From NCBI RefSeq assembly GCF_009834535.1, contig NC_045713.1, positions 5,828,001-5,892,000 of the forward strand: DNA of 64,000 nucleotides. The letters are read 5' to 3'. The notes below the pieces were generated by a model. That model made no database searches and had not been told where the DNA came from. It was given only the letters and a program-made list of their open reading frames with translations. The position numbers and the translations under genes were made by a program. Position 1 is the stretch's first letter; every line of letters begins with the position of its first letter. Of this stretch, positions 11,589 through 24,500 are shown in pieces. This DNA comes from Camelus ferus. Taxonomy: Eukaryota.

Positions 11589-14479
11589 CTGATGCACAAG
11601 TGATGAGAAGCTGTCTAGATAGCGAGTGTGCCAGGACCACCCCAGTCACCGCAAAGCGGGGAAGAGGCGACAACTGGCCCCCTACCCTCCATTGAGGATC
11701 CCCAGTCATCTCCAGTGAGTTTTCATGCTGGTCGGGGGGCAGGGACAGGGGTCCAGAGGGAGAGCCCTGCAGATGGGGCGGCAAGCGACTCAGACGCACA
11801 TCTGGTCAGGTCAGCCTTTCTTTAAAATGTGTGTAGCTACTTCCTCAGCCTGCAAACACTTGGTGCAGAAAATGGAGCAGCTCCTTAGGCCCCAAGTTTG
11901 TTTTAAGTAACTGGCCGAGGAGGGTGGACAGGCTGCCTCCCTGTCTGGGTTGCAGTTACCCCAGCACTGGGCTGAGCGTGACTATCCCCTGTCCCCAGAG
12001 GCTGCTTCGGACCAGCTCTGGTCCCACAGCCCAGCTCGGGGATCGGAGGGCATCTGCACCCAGTTTCATCCCACCGATGCAGCCCAGGTTCCTCTTCTGT
12101 CCCATTTTAGTGCTGGTGGTTGAGTCTCAAGTGTGAAGGAAGATGTTTCAGGAAGGTAAACTAAAAAACGTGCAAAAGGACTCCTGCCACTGGGGCTGGG
12201 AGGTTGAGTTCTCTCTGGAGGTCCCTGGGCACCAGGAGGCGGCCAATGGCGGGAGACCTTGAAGACACGGACTGGAGCAGCCTCCCAGGATCAGGCTGGG
12301 GCAGCCACACTTCACAGCCTTCAAAAATGCCACCAAGTTGCGTGTCGGTGAAAACCTCAGTATGAGAAGCAAGGGGTATTTCTAACTAAAATCATAAAAT
12401 TCTGTCACTTTTTGCCAGGAGTCTTACTACACATCCCTAGGTCGGGGACAGACAGGGAAGAAGGAAAAAGACTGGGAAGAACAATGTTTTCTAGTTTTAA
12501 CTGATAGCATATCCTCACTTAAACCTGCGCGATGGGCACAAAGGACCGGCTCCCTGTTTTATTCTCACAGAAAAGCATTAAAAAGCAGCTCTCAAAACTG
12601 ATGACGTCTCTCTTTATTTCTGGATCCTCAAATGCAAGGCTGATGGGGACAGTCTCTAGCAGAGGTTTCCCTAAACCCCGATTTAAACCTCCCGCCCCAG
12701 CACCCTGGAGCAGGGGAATTTTGGCGTGGGTCCTGAACACAGAGCGGCCACAAAACAGCCTCACTTCTGTTAGTTCTCCTTTAAGACTTCCAAAATCTAA
12801 CACCTTCTACTTCCGATCGCAGACCAGTTATCCTTGGGAAGTAAAGTAAGCGGAGTCAGTCATGAAACACTGAGTTCTAGCAGAGTTTCACGAGTCCATG
12901 AATATTTTATCTCCCTGGCAATGTGCTCCCGAAGATTTAAATCTTAAAATAAACCCTTCTGGGCTCTGCTTTTGTGGTTTGAGGGGTTTGGGTCTATAGG
13001 ACCTAGACCACATCTTAGCGAGGGGTGAAAGATGACTCTTTCTGGGGGCAGCGGGGGGCACAGAGAGAGGCCAGGATGGGGTGAGAACCGGCAGACACTC
13101 TTCCCACAGACTCTGCAGCCAGAGCAGAGAGGTTCTGCAGCACCAATGCCCAGGTCACCAACCTCGTCTCCTTTCTAGGAACTGCTAAAAAAAAAATACC
13201 TTTGCTGAGATGTTTCTGGGACTGAAAAGGTCACAGCTGTGTTTTATACCAACGATTAAGTGTGGACAAAAACTCCACCGGCTACTGCTATGTTCTTATC
13301 TGTAATCTGTTACTAAGGGCTATTCAGAAACTGAGCGCAAGTTGAATATTTTACAAATTTATGCTTCCCTCCCTCTGCTGCCCGACTGTAGAGACAAATA
13401 CATGCTCATTGTAAAAAAATCTGAGAAGTATCAAGAAGCAAGAGCAAGTCACCCACGCAAGGTTAATTCCTGGCAGATTATGCATACCATAATAACTCTA
13501 CTCAGAACACAGTAAAATTCCAGTTATGCAAGGGCCTTTAAGAAGAGGTCATTCCAGAATATTTCTAGCTATCTGAAAGGGTCACACTTTAAGAGCAGAG
13601 ACATTTATTCCTCCTTTCATTACAGTAAGGGAAGGGGGCTGCCTACTTAACCTGTTTAATTATGGGATGTTTTCTTAAAGGTACCTTACAGTCTCCTACC
13701 ACCCAAGTAGGAGCCACCCGAGGGAGGGCAGGGGCCACATCTCAGGTGCATTTGCCTCTCGGGTGCGTGGTGCCGGGCCCGGCACACACTGGGCTGCCAC
13801 ATGTGTGAGTATGGCTTCTTGAACAGCGCACCTTGAACTTTTTCTTGCACAGCTGGGGTCACTGTGGTTGACGGTTGTTGAACTCTGCTCTCACTCACAA
13901 ATACAGATTCCATCGCAGAGGGACGCTGGCCTGTCCAGGTGTCCTCACCAAGTCAGGCTGTTGGCAGACGCCTAATGATGCTTTTCCTCATGTGAGAAGC
14001 CATTAGTAAGTGAATTAATAATAAAAATCTCAAGCAGAGGTGTGTTAAAATAAAAAACGTAAATATTTGCAAGTGTAACTTATTCCTCTATGTTGATCAT
14101 ATACGTGAAGACAGAAAGTCTGTCTGTGATGAGAACTGCAGGTGAAGCCACCTAGATTAATGACAGAAAGTTGTGACTTTGAATCTGAATGTGAAAGCTT
14201 CCTACTGCCTTGACATCGACAATAAAGGTAAAGGCCACTTTCGACTAAACAACAAAGAGGGATGGTAACAGAGTTAGGGACAGGAGGCCAATCCTACAAA
14301 CTTTTTGTTGGTCTTCCCTTTAATTTTGTAAAACAGATGGAACCACATAAACAATATTGTTCTCCAGAGATGAAGAAGTAACGCTGTGTTAACTGCGTCC
14401 TGGGCCAAACTCTCCTGGTTGCTTTCCGCCAGCGTCCGCTCCCTTCCAGCTCCAGCCCCACCAGCCGAAACCAAGCAAC

Positions 14480-15000
14480 CTCGTCCCTCCCTCCCCACAT
14501 CACTTGGACCCCCTTCCCACCTACTGTCTAAACTGCAGTCAGGATGACCTTTTCTTTATTATGCAAGTGTGCTTATGTCATTTCTCTGCTGAAAATCCGT
14601 CAGTGGTTTGTCTCTTAAAAAGTGCAAAATGCTTCAAATCATCTAGCAGGCCACTTTCTGCCACACGGCTGTCTTCCCTGGACTCAACACGACTAGGAAC
14701 AGAGCCCCCTACTACTGACGGCGTCGAGGTGTGGACGATGTAGGACGTGGCCACTCTCCTCACTGCCCTCTCTTCCTCTTGCCCCTCCTCCAACCTGGTC
14801 ACTGCCCAGTCCTGCCAGATCTATGCTCTTGTAACCAATGGGCTCTGCCTTTGAAGCACTTAACCCTAAAATTCAATCACTGTCAGTGTAATTAGTTTCG
14901 GATGCCCACATTCCCACCAGATTCTCAAGTCCACGAGGACAGGAAGCTGTCTGGCTGACCTGCTCCCTGCTCCATCCCTGGTGCTCAGTTTGACTGAGAC
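14480..15000 (+). mobile_element. L2 fragment
   Basis: tgtcatttctctgctgaaaatccgtcagtggtttg... and a 3' part ccacgaggacaggaagctgtctggctgacc. Confidence 0.55.
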
Positions 15001-16018
15001 GCAGCAAGGGGACCGCATCCCATGAGCTGACCAGGTCACCCCACGGAGATGGGGGTCACAGCAGTGGAGGAGAGCATGCCTGGGCTAAAGAAGCAGGATA
15101 TTTCTGATTAAAAAGCATCTTAAAATACTCTCAAACCGGACTAGGGACTGAGGAGCAATCTGGTGGCAAGTGAGAAAGCAGGTAAACATGGGGCCCTGAC
15201 TATGGGAACAGTTCAGAGGATATATCAGCATAATTATGTATTTCAGTGTTTACTCAGTGTCTTTAATCCGAAGGAGCTTTGTGGAAGAAGAAGTAACATT
15301 CCTTGGGATTTTGGATGTGGAGGATGAAGAGGAGGGAGGAGCCAGGTGACCCCAGGGCTGCTTTTGCCCTGCACAGTGGAGTCACACCGCCAGAGGAGGG
15401 AAAGGGCCGGGGCGGAGGGGATCCCATGCTCGGGGCCAGGTGTGTGAAGCTCAGGATGCCAGGAGGACAGCTACTCAACCCAACACAGATTCTGGATGTC
15501 AGCCCGGCCACAAAAGCCCCAGGTTTCTGAAGAGCACGTGCTGGTTTGATGAAACCAGAACGCTGAGTGTCATATAAACGTCTCTGCAGGCAGGCAGATC
15601 TTTACAGAGCGGCACCAAAGCAAAAGGAGAGTTCAGAGAGCTGCTCAACTGCTCCAACTCCAGGAAAGAGACCTCTGTTCTCTTGCAATTTAACTGGTTA
15701 GAATGTTCCAGAGCGCTCTCCCTCAAAGGAAAGTGTCAATCTCAGGAGTAGGGTTCAATGTGAACAAAATTAAAGTGAGAAACCAAAAAACCTCAGGAAG
15801 CATCCTGAAGAGGATAATGTGGTCCATGCATTCATTCATTCACTTGACAAATATTTATGGAGTTTCTGCTACGTGACACGCCCTGGGGGCGACACTAGGG
15901 ACAGAGTTGGGGACAAGACCACACTGCCCCAGTCTCTGCCCAGCCAGAAAGGAAAAGAGCCACGTAGCAAGAAGTTGTAACAGAGGTAAACAAACATGGG
16001 TTTCGGGGAGTGGCCTGC

Positions 16019-16042
16019 GTGTGTGTGTGTGTGTGTGTGTGT
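16019..16042 (+). repeat. (GT)12 microsatellite
   Basis: Seen directly. Confidence 0.98.
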
Positions 16043-17944
16043 GAGATAAGGGCACACCTAAGCCGGACCCGGGTGGTCCCGCGAAGCAGTGTCTCAACAC
16101 GTTAAGCTGAGGAGTAGGAAGAGGTCAGCCGAGAGGGGGAGAAGGACCCATCCCTGCCGGCAGGAAACCTCGCATCCCGACACCGCAGACACTGCAGAGG
16201 TGGCCCGCGCTGCGGAGTGGAGGGCGGGGTTGGGATGGGGAGAAGTGGACGGACTCTGGGGACCTTCTGGGGGTAGAATGGCCAGGACCTGGTGACCCAG
16301 GGCTCTGGTGTGAGCAGGCAGGGGGCAGGCAGTGCCACTTGCTACGGGAGGGTGGGAGGGAGTTGCTTTTCTCTGGACACACTGGGTGGTTTTAGGGTGC
16401 CCCTCAGTCACCCTTGAGGGGATGTCCAGGAGGCTGCTGGATATGCAGGCTGACCCTCAGGAGTGGGAAGGGACTGAGACAAAGCTTTAAGAGCCACCAG
16501 CGTGACTCTCGGCGAATTCTATTGCCCAGGACTCCGGGGTGACTCTGGGTCAACAGACTCATTCAACGTGTCACGCCTGTGTCACTCCAGGCCCTGGTCC
16601 AGGTGCTGGGCACAGAGCGATAAAGCAAAGCGGCCTCAGGGAGCTTGCATCCTAGCAGGACCAGCAGACAAGAAACAAGAAAACACAAAAATGAAAAAAA
16701 GGCCCAGAAGTGTGGTGGGGGGTGGGGTGGGGCGGGGCTCTGGCTCCCCCCTCTTCCTGGGGCGGCTGGTCACCTCTTCCAGGGCCGTGGGGCACAGAGC
16801 CGAAATACCTGTCCCGTTATTTCCAAGCGCCTCCTCTGTTTTTCTGAGATAGTGTGCGACTGCTGTCTCTTGCAACTGGAACTTGGCACACCCACCCACA
16901 TCTCTGGATGCAGCTGGATTGAAGCCTGGTGTACACAGACGGTTAAGGCCCCCAACTCCCCCCGGCTGTGTGACTGACCGTCAGTAAACGCACTGCTATT
17001 GACCAGACCCTTCCTATAAGCCTCAGCCACACGATTACTTCATCTGAGCGATAAGCAGACTTCAAAACACAGGTCGAGAGCTCTAAGCTCCATTCCTGCT
17101 TTTCAAGTACTTGCTAGATGTGTCAGACCACAGCATGTGTAAGAAATACCCGGGATACGCAGGTAAAGGTGATCTACGTGGCATGCAAACATACTTTGAT
17201 TTACTCTTATTATTATAGAAAAGATCAAACATGATTTGCTCCCACCACCTAAAATGAAAACTGCCAGCCCAAAATGATAATGACAAAGAATGTCTCCAAC
17301 ATAAGGGAAATGCTGATGGGACAATACTAAGTGGAAAAAGTAGCATATAACTATATACTCGGGTTATGATCAAAGTTCTATAAAAATTATATACATATAT
17401 GATAAGGCCTGCTCAGGCGAAGAGGAGAATCGATGAGAAGAGTGGTCTCCTTTTTGTCTATGAGAAGTTAAGATGGAAAATAACTGTAGAAAGAGAAATC
17501 TAACAACTTGTTCACGTGGCTTCCCAGTGGAGAAACTTCACTAAGGGAAAAGCCCAGGGACAAACTGGACTTTCAAAAAGAGAGCGTAGGTTATATAGAA
17601 AACAGCAGCTCCGGGCTCCCTGAGGCTCTGGCAAAGGCAGAACAGGCCGGTCCCCTTTCAGCTGAGTCACCAACACAAAACCAGCACTTGCACAAGAAAA
17701 TGCAAGTGGGCCCCCCAAGCTGCCGACACCTGAGGAACAGCACCCAGGCATCAGATGATCCATCTGCTGTGAAGCAGCTTCCACACGAGGTCAGAGTATT
17801 GGTCAGAGCATTCAGGAAACCCCTAGGTGGATACAAACTCCTGCAGAAAATCAAAAGGCTCAAATTTGGAACTAGGAGCTGGATAAGCTCCTAAGATAGC
17901 AAAAGCTTAGAACAAAGACAATCTCTCTCCATCACTAGGCTGCT

Positions 17945-18065
17945 CCTCTACTTTGCTCCATTACAGATGAGAATACCCAGGTTCAGAGGGGAAAAAGGAC
18001 CGTGACCAAGACCTCACAACAAGGCCCTGGCAGGAGAACCTGGATCTCCCTACTCCCTGTGCAAA
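17945..18065 (-). mobile_element. MIR fragment
   Basis: ccattacagatgagaatacccaggttcagagggg...gaccaagacctcaca. Confidence 0.65.
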
Positions 18066-19072
18066 GTGTCCAAAGTGCTTTCTGCTGCCCCTAGCTTGGT
18101 GTGGCCTCCATTAACCTTGGCTCCCAGAGGGAATAGCAAAGTCCTCAGTGGGCCTTTCAGAATAAAACACAGATACAAAGGAGACTTGTTTCTGCTTTGC
18201 TTTGTTAAAGTAGTTCTAGTAATGTCAGTGACGTACAGAGGATTCCTAAGAAGGGCAAGTGTGCAACTCTGATGGGTGAGGAGGGGAGGGTGGTGGTAAT
18301 TTGGTTTCCTTGGTCAGCAGAGGACGACATTCAAGTAACTTTCCCAATTTTATGATCTGAGTCTTTCCAGGACTGAGCTGGGACCCATGTGATTGTGTCT
18401 ATCACCTCCCCACAGATTCCAGGTGACTGGAACCCCTGAGAATAGAGGATCAATGGAACCAGTGGGCCCAAGGTGCTCTAAATTCTGCCTCACTTTTCTG
18501 AAATAAGGAATGGGAAGCCATTATCTCTCTGAATGCACAGCAAACATTATTAAAATTTTAACTCTTTAGTTCTTTCAAAAGGAAAAACAACCCACATACT
18601 TTGTAGTTAAACCACTTGCCCTTAGATATTAAGTGGAAGACTTGGCCAGAGGCCACCGGTTCCCTGGACGACCTGGGAGGGGACTGTGGCATTCCAGGCG
18701 CCCTATCAGGGCCGTTCCTGAACATGGAATTGGTCAGCCCAGACCCGTGAGCGTCCACGATGTCTGCACAGCACACACATGGCACTACTTCTTCTCAGTG
18801 AAATGTGCATTTTAAACCAAAGCTAAAGGTGGCCCCACAGATCTGAGTTTCTGTATCTACAAAGGAATCAACTGGAGTTTACTCACTGACTTTTGCAAAC
18901 ATGCATCTGATTTTCAAACCCATCCAAAGTCTGGGTTTTGGACAATGAATATTCCCAGAATTTCTCAGCTTCCTTGGGGAAGCTGCCTTAGGGAAGCTGC
19001 CAAGAATAATCCAGAAACCCACTGACTCTCCGGACACAGTGCCTGCAGGCACGCTACAAGTGCTGGGCTTAC

Positions 19073-19151
19073 CTGGGACATCGATCAACCTTTTGTAGAC
19101 ATTCAAGAAGGCTGCCTCAGCTTCTTTGCTTCTTTTACTCAGTGCATCAAT
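19073..19151 (-). CDS. CUX1: CUX1 coding exon (human exon 4 equivalent), 79 nt, phase 0-1, encoding [26 protein letters not shown](D)
   Basis: Long polypyrimidine tract ...ttcttccgtcccttttcag|ATTGATGCACTGAGTAAAAGAAGC...ATCGATGTCCCAG|gtaagc. It continues in frame from the 46.6 kb exon and matches recalled human CUX1 rather than CUX2 ([26 protein letters not shown]). Confidence 0.98.
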
Positions 19152-21024
19152 CTGAAAAGGGACGGAAGAAAGAGAAGAAAAACAAAGAGCTCAAAATTTG
19201 TCAAGAGGTAATTTACAAATCATTACACGTCTAGTGAGCTCCTAGGGCAAACAGGAGCCTGCCTGCTCCCTGAAAATGCCGGACAGCTGGGCCTTCAACC
19301 TGCTCAGAGCCAATGTCTGCAAGCACGCAAGCGGGAGGTGGTCCACGTGGGCCAGTCCGTGGGGGGAGCGAGGCAGAAGCAGTCCCATCACCCAGCGGAG
19401 CGGGGGCTCTCCACAGAGAACACGGGCTCTTTCCTTCTTCCACCAGCGCTAAGAGCGGACCACACGCCAGACTGCGCCGGACGTGGGGCAGAGAGGGACC
19501 GCTCTCAGTCCCAGGGGCTCGGGGTCCAGTAGGGGAACAGGCATGTAAACAAGCAACGAAATTCCAGCCGGGAAAGCGCTAGGTAAGAAGAGCCCTGGGG
19601 ACACTGAGAAGGGGACATCAAGCAGGAAAGTAGGTGACATTTGAGCAGTCCTTGGGAGCTGCTCACCCGGGTAGGAAGGTGAGACAGGAAATGGGAGGAA
19701 CACATTCAAACCCCAAAGATCTGAAATCTGGGGTCCATAGATCCTCTTGAAGAATTCTGTGAAGGCCAAGGCCCCTCCTCCTAGAACACACAGACACACA
19801 CACGCACACACGGTTATATACTCTATTTTAGGACATTCACATATCCACGTGTATTCTGTCCATAGGATCCAGATTAAGAACTCGGATGGGGCTGTAACAC
19901 ACTGGAGAAAGTGGGGGCTGCTGGGGTGGAAACACGGATCCGTGGACGTGAGACCAGACAGGTCAGGCGTCAGTGCACATGGAGAAGGATGACCTTCACC
20001 GTCAGGGCCTGAGTCAGGGTGGAAGGAGGCAACCAATCTGAGGTTGTTGCCTCTGCCCAGGTGAGAACCACATGGGGCAGTGGTGGTGAGGATTGAGGGA
20101 AAGATGCCAATCTGAGAGACGAAGTCCAACTGAACTAATGTGCGACAAGGAGGAACCACGCATTCAGGACGGCGCCCAGATTTCTAGCTTAGGCAACGGC
20201 CAGTTCCTATGATGGTGGCCAGGATCGGTGTGTCTCGTGAACCAACCCAGCTGAGCTGGTTTCCCCCAGTGAAAAGTCCATTCATCAAAGAAAAGAGATG
20301 TGTGAAACTCTAAAGCATGCCGGACATACCCCCAAAGAGGCTCTGATGCTTGGGTGAACTCAGGATACATTTTGCTCCTGTAACACATTTGCTGAGACAA
20401 CACATCACTTTTTGCCCTTGAAGCAGGCAAGATGCTACATGCAAAGAGTTCGCTTTGGCTCAGGAAAAGGACACTAAATTATACAGTCCTCTGTCCCCTC
20501 ACAGAATTATACTCTCTACCTCCAAAGTTATTAAAGAGGCAAGAGGATGTGGCATAATTACAGGGCCTCTCACCTGGGCCAACAATTTGTTAAGGGCTGA
20601 GAGCGGTCACCTGATTAAGGATGGGGAGACCCTGGGGAGGGGGACACAAGGGTCAGTGGAGGGCAGGTCTGAGGACATTTAATGCAGAGCAAAAAAGTGC
20701 GATGCCAGCATTTCCAACTCCTACCGAGTTTTGCTGCAAAATTCCTCCCTGAAGTCAGTTGTCGAGAACTCGGACACATTTTTCCCCCAATAAAATAAGG
20801 TGGTGATTTAGGTGTTGCTTTCCAAGTAATCCACAGAGACTACTGAAAAACAACAAGATAGTTCTCTCTTTGTTTTTAAAATAAAGTTATTTTTCCCTCT
20901 GATTATTAGCAGTTCATGATCATTGTATAATTACAAATATATCAAAAAAAAGAAGAAAATTAAAACCATAATTATGCCATTCACCAGTGCAAGTCATTCC
21001 TCTGTCTGTAGTTCCCTTTCATTC

Positions 21025-21240
21025 TGAATGAAATGTAGGCATATAGGCAAACTACAAAACCAGGAGATGAGTGGTTGCTTAGGGATTGGGAGGATGACGG
21101 CTAAGGGGCGTGGGGTTTCTTTTTGGGGTGATGAAATGTTCTGCGATTGATTGTGACCACAGTAAAGTCAACACACTGCTGAGTTTAAATGGGTGAATTA
21201 CACAGTATGTGAATTACATCTCAATCAAGCTGTTAAAGTG
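21025..21240 (+). mobile_element. L1 (L1MB-like) 3' end within older L1ME-like fragments (~20870-21430)
   Basis: agtggttgcttagggattggg...gggtttctttttggggtgatgaaatgttct...gtatgtgaattacatctcaatcaagctgtt. Confidence 0.8.
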
Positions 21241-21755
21241 TATTTGAAATCGAACCGTATGTAAAATTTTGTATTGTGCTTTCATGAACATAGAAAATCT
21301 TTTTTCAATATCTTTTACAAAATTTGGAAAATATCTTAATGGTATTATTTCAACTGTACCTCATCTCCACCTGTGTAGATGTTCTGAGTAAAAGTGGACT
21401 TAAGAGTTGCCTTTGCAGATGTCTGGAATTTTCCCTGTGCTCTGGGCCCTTCTGCCACCTCCTGAGAGCGCCGTGCCTGCAGGCAGCAGAAGCTGCCCAG
21501 AAAGAAGGACAGAGGCCCTGGCTGCTCCCCAAGCCTCCTGACACCCCCAGAGGCTTCTCTGCTGGGTTCCAGATCTGCCTCGGGAGGGTCTCCTGCTTCC
21601 CAGGAATCTGACTGAGCCTACAAAAGTGGCCGCCTCTACAGTGGGCAGAGGATGGGATCTGGAAGGATCCTGAACACTGTCTTCTCTCTCCTGTCTGGGT
21701 TGTTGATGGGGACGTGGGGCAGGGGCTGGGTGATCGACACATCACACTTGGGGAC

Positions 21756-22195
21756 TGTTACGGGTTGAATTGTGTCCCTGCCCTGAAAGTCCAAATCCCC
21801 AGTACCTGTGGCTGTGACTTTATTTGGAAATAAGGTCTTTGCAGATGACTAAGTTGAGGTCATTAAGGTGGGCCCTAATCCAGTATGGCCCTGTCCTTGT
21901 GAAAAGGGGAAATCTGGACAAGCAGACAGTCATGCACACAGGAGAGCCCCATGTGAACACGAAGACAGAGACTGATGCACCTACAACCCAAGGAAGGCCA
22001 AAGACCGCCGGCCAACCTCCAGAAGCCAGGGGAGAGGCCTGGAACAGACCCCCCCTCACAGCCTCAGAAGGAATGCACCCTGCCAATGCCTGGATCTTGG
22101 ACTTCCAGTCTCCTGAAAGGCAAGACATAAATGTCTATTTTTTAAGCCACTCAGTTGGTGGTACTTGGGTGTGGCAGCCCTGGCAAACGGGTACA
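21756..22195 (+). mobile_element. MaLR solo LTR (MLT1B/C-like)
   Basis: TG...CA termini (tgttacgggttgaattgtgtccc ... gcagccctggcaaacgggtaca), typical internal blocks, and a 5-bp near-TSD gggac/ggaac. Confidence 0.9.
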
Positions 22196-22899
22196 GGAAC
22201 CACGAGCCTGAGCCTGCTTCCCCTCCCCTTTCCACAGATGCAAGAACATTCAACCCGACCCTGAGAGGACAAGGCCAGGCCCCTGAGCTGAATTAGCTCA
22301 TTAGGTATCTGGACCACAAGTTTCTTAAGAGAAGTGGTGAGAACTCCACGTGTGGTTGAGTTTCAACTGGATGAGGTCCCCCAAGCCTCTTTTTAAGATT
22401 CCCAAACCTAGAAAAATTTGTTGATTCTGGCAATTTTGAGACTCCCTCTGCTGACTTCCCCCCACCCCCAGCCACTGCCCTCATGCATGAACAGGTCTTG
22501 GGGTCTGAGGTTCGGTCTACCCTCTCCCTTTCCCAATTCATCTTTCCTGGGGTGGGCCTTCCCCTGCTGTGGCCTGGGACTGCTTGTTCCCATGCTTTCG
22601 CTTACTTGGATACCCTTTGCTGGCGTCTCTGCCCACTCAAGTCATAGCCTTGTATCAAGACCCAGTGCAGGCTCCACGTGCCCCAGGACGTGCGTGCTGG
22701 GTTTCCTCCCGCTGGCGGGGCCCTGAGTTTGGAGAGAGGAAGGGTGCCCCTGGATGGTTGAAAGTCAGGTCCTTGGTTAGACATTCTGTCCACCATCCCC
22801 ACTGCAGAGGAGGGGCTGAGGACTGAGGGGCAGCTGGTGGCGGAGCAGGGACAGACCCAGAGAAGCTCTGACTGTGCTCAGACCCTGTGTAAAACCTGT

Positions 22900-23200
22900 T
22901 CCACTCCCAGGATCAGCCTCACCTACCACGCCTAACTCCAGCCACACCTGGTTCCTCCCAGTTCCCTGAATACACGAGCAATTTCCCCGCAGCCTGGCAG
23001 GCGCCTCCTCGGAATGTTCCTCTGGTCCTCAGGCTCAGCTGATCTCCGCCTGCCGGCCACGCCCATCACCCTAAGCAGACCGTCCTGAAGTTTCAGGACT
23101 GCAAATGAGGCTGTCTCAGGGGATCCTAGATTCCTTGAAAGCCCACACTACGCTTTCCCCCTGACAACTAGCACATAGTAGGTGTTTAATACATTTTTAT
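22900..23200 (+). mobile_element. L2 3' fragment
   Basis: ctccagccacacctggttcctcccagttccctgaatacac...ctagcacatagtaggtgtttaatacat. Confidence 0.7.
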
Positions 23201-23699
23201 CATGGCAATGAAAATTTACCTAAATTGGTCAACTGTTTTATCTGCAGAAGTGAGCAAATGGTTAAGGAATGCAGTTTTAAATCTTTATGAAAATGCTTCC
23301 TATGTAAAGAGTTCTTTGATTCATCAGCATTCATGCTGGCGCACGGAAGCATCCTTCCCCACCGCACACACTGGGCGCTCACTTGAGCTGGCCTCCTGCA
23401 GGGAGCCACGCGCCCCACTCCACCAAAGATGCCCGGTGGCTCCTACCTCGAGTTTCCTGGATCCAACAGTTATCCTTTCAACAGTATCGCTTTTATAATG
23501 TGGAGTTTGAATTTGTGTAATAAGGGTTATATGACAAGATAAAGGTCTACAGAAAGGTAGTCTATCCTAAATCTCAATCAATATTTGCTTCCAGTAGGAG
23601 GAAAACTCAGAGGCCAGGTTGAGAGGCCCAGTTCATGGAAATCAGCTGTAAGACTCCTGAGATTCAGAAGGACTGACAGAGCGCGCAACCCTTGGGCAC

Positions 23700-24128
23700 C
23701 AGCAGAGCTGCACTGTGAGGTCTGGGGTGTCACGTGGCCTCTGGAGTTACTGCTTCCCTCCCCATCTGCCCTCCCTGTAAGGGGCATCGCATGCCTCTGC
23801 CCACTGCCACATGACTTGTGGGGGCTTCCTGGCCCACTGGTGGCAGGCATGACCATGTGGAATGTACGTGGTGGTGCCGCACGCTATGTCTGAGCCTGAG
23901 ATGCAAGGGTGAGCACATGGTTCGGCTTTCGTGCGCTTTCTCCCTGCCGTGAGAATAGACGCCTCTTCCACTGGGATCTCTGAGTGAAGGCAACACATTG
24001 TCCCAGAGCCGTCCGGCTGACCCACGGTTCACATGTAATGTGACTGAGAAATCAGCTTTTGTGCCATCGGCCGCTGAGATCTGGGGTTGCTTGTTACTGC
24101 AGCACATACAAGCAAAGCTGCCTATTAC
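23700..24128 (+). mobile_element. Old MaLR solo LTR (MLT1J/K/L-like)
   Basis: 3' end ccgctgagatctggggttgcttgttactgcagcacata...gcctattaca is typical of the older MLT1 subfamilies. The 5' boundary is uncertain. Confidence 0.7.
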
Positions 24129-24299
24129 AAGTCCTAAGAGGTGGTCACGTTTCTAAGAAGACGGCACAAAGTAATAATAAGGAATCAACGACCAGTATCG
24201 AGAGGGCCAAAGGATTTCTGTTTGTTTGTTGTGAAGCTTGATTGTTTATTTTCTCCAGGGACAGGGTAGGGGGAAAGACGGTAAAGGGAGCAAGGGCCC

Positions 24300-24500
24300 A
24301 GGATTTAAAATCAGAACCCTGGATTTAAGACATGGCTCCAGCATGCATTTTGGAATACTGAGTCAGCTGTGTACCCTCTGCCTCTCTGAATTTCATCTTC
24401 TATGTCGAGGAAAAGATACTGATGAGAAGGCCTGCCTGGTAGGGACCCTGGGAGAATCGAGTGACAAAGAAGACGTGACAACAGTGTAGAGCTATTCACA
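24300..24500 (+). mobile_element. MIR/MIR3 fragment
   Basis: ggatttaaaatcagaaccctggattt...ctctgcctctctgaatttcatcttctatg. Confidence 0.5.

Noticed and set aside
12519-12849. Overlapping 94-aa and 105-aa ORFs that look protein-like
   Set aside because: No recognisable homology or consistent splice sites; expected by chance in six frames.
13895-13971. Possible cryptic exon in intron 4 (cattag|GCGTC...TATTT|gtgagt)
   Set aside because: Good donor but no polypyrimidine tract, and the peptide does not match CUX1.
15385-15400. CTCF-like motif ccgccagaggaggg (similar weak matches near 5700 and 11405)
   Set aside because: Mismatches in the 3' GGCR part of the consensus; not supportable without a PWM scan or ChIP data.
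19080-19151. CUT-domain binding motifs ATCGAT and ATCAAT inside CUX1 exon 4 (autoregulation idea)
   Set aside because: Fully explained by the Ile-Asp codons; 6-mers carry little information.
19449-20159. Longest ORF in the track (236 aa, minus strand)
   Set aside because: Non-ATG start, no recognisable homology, runs through a CA/TG repeat, and lies in CUX1 intron 3.
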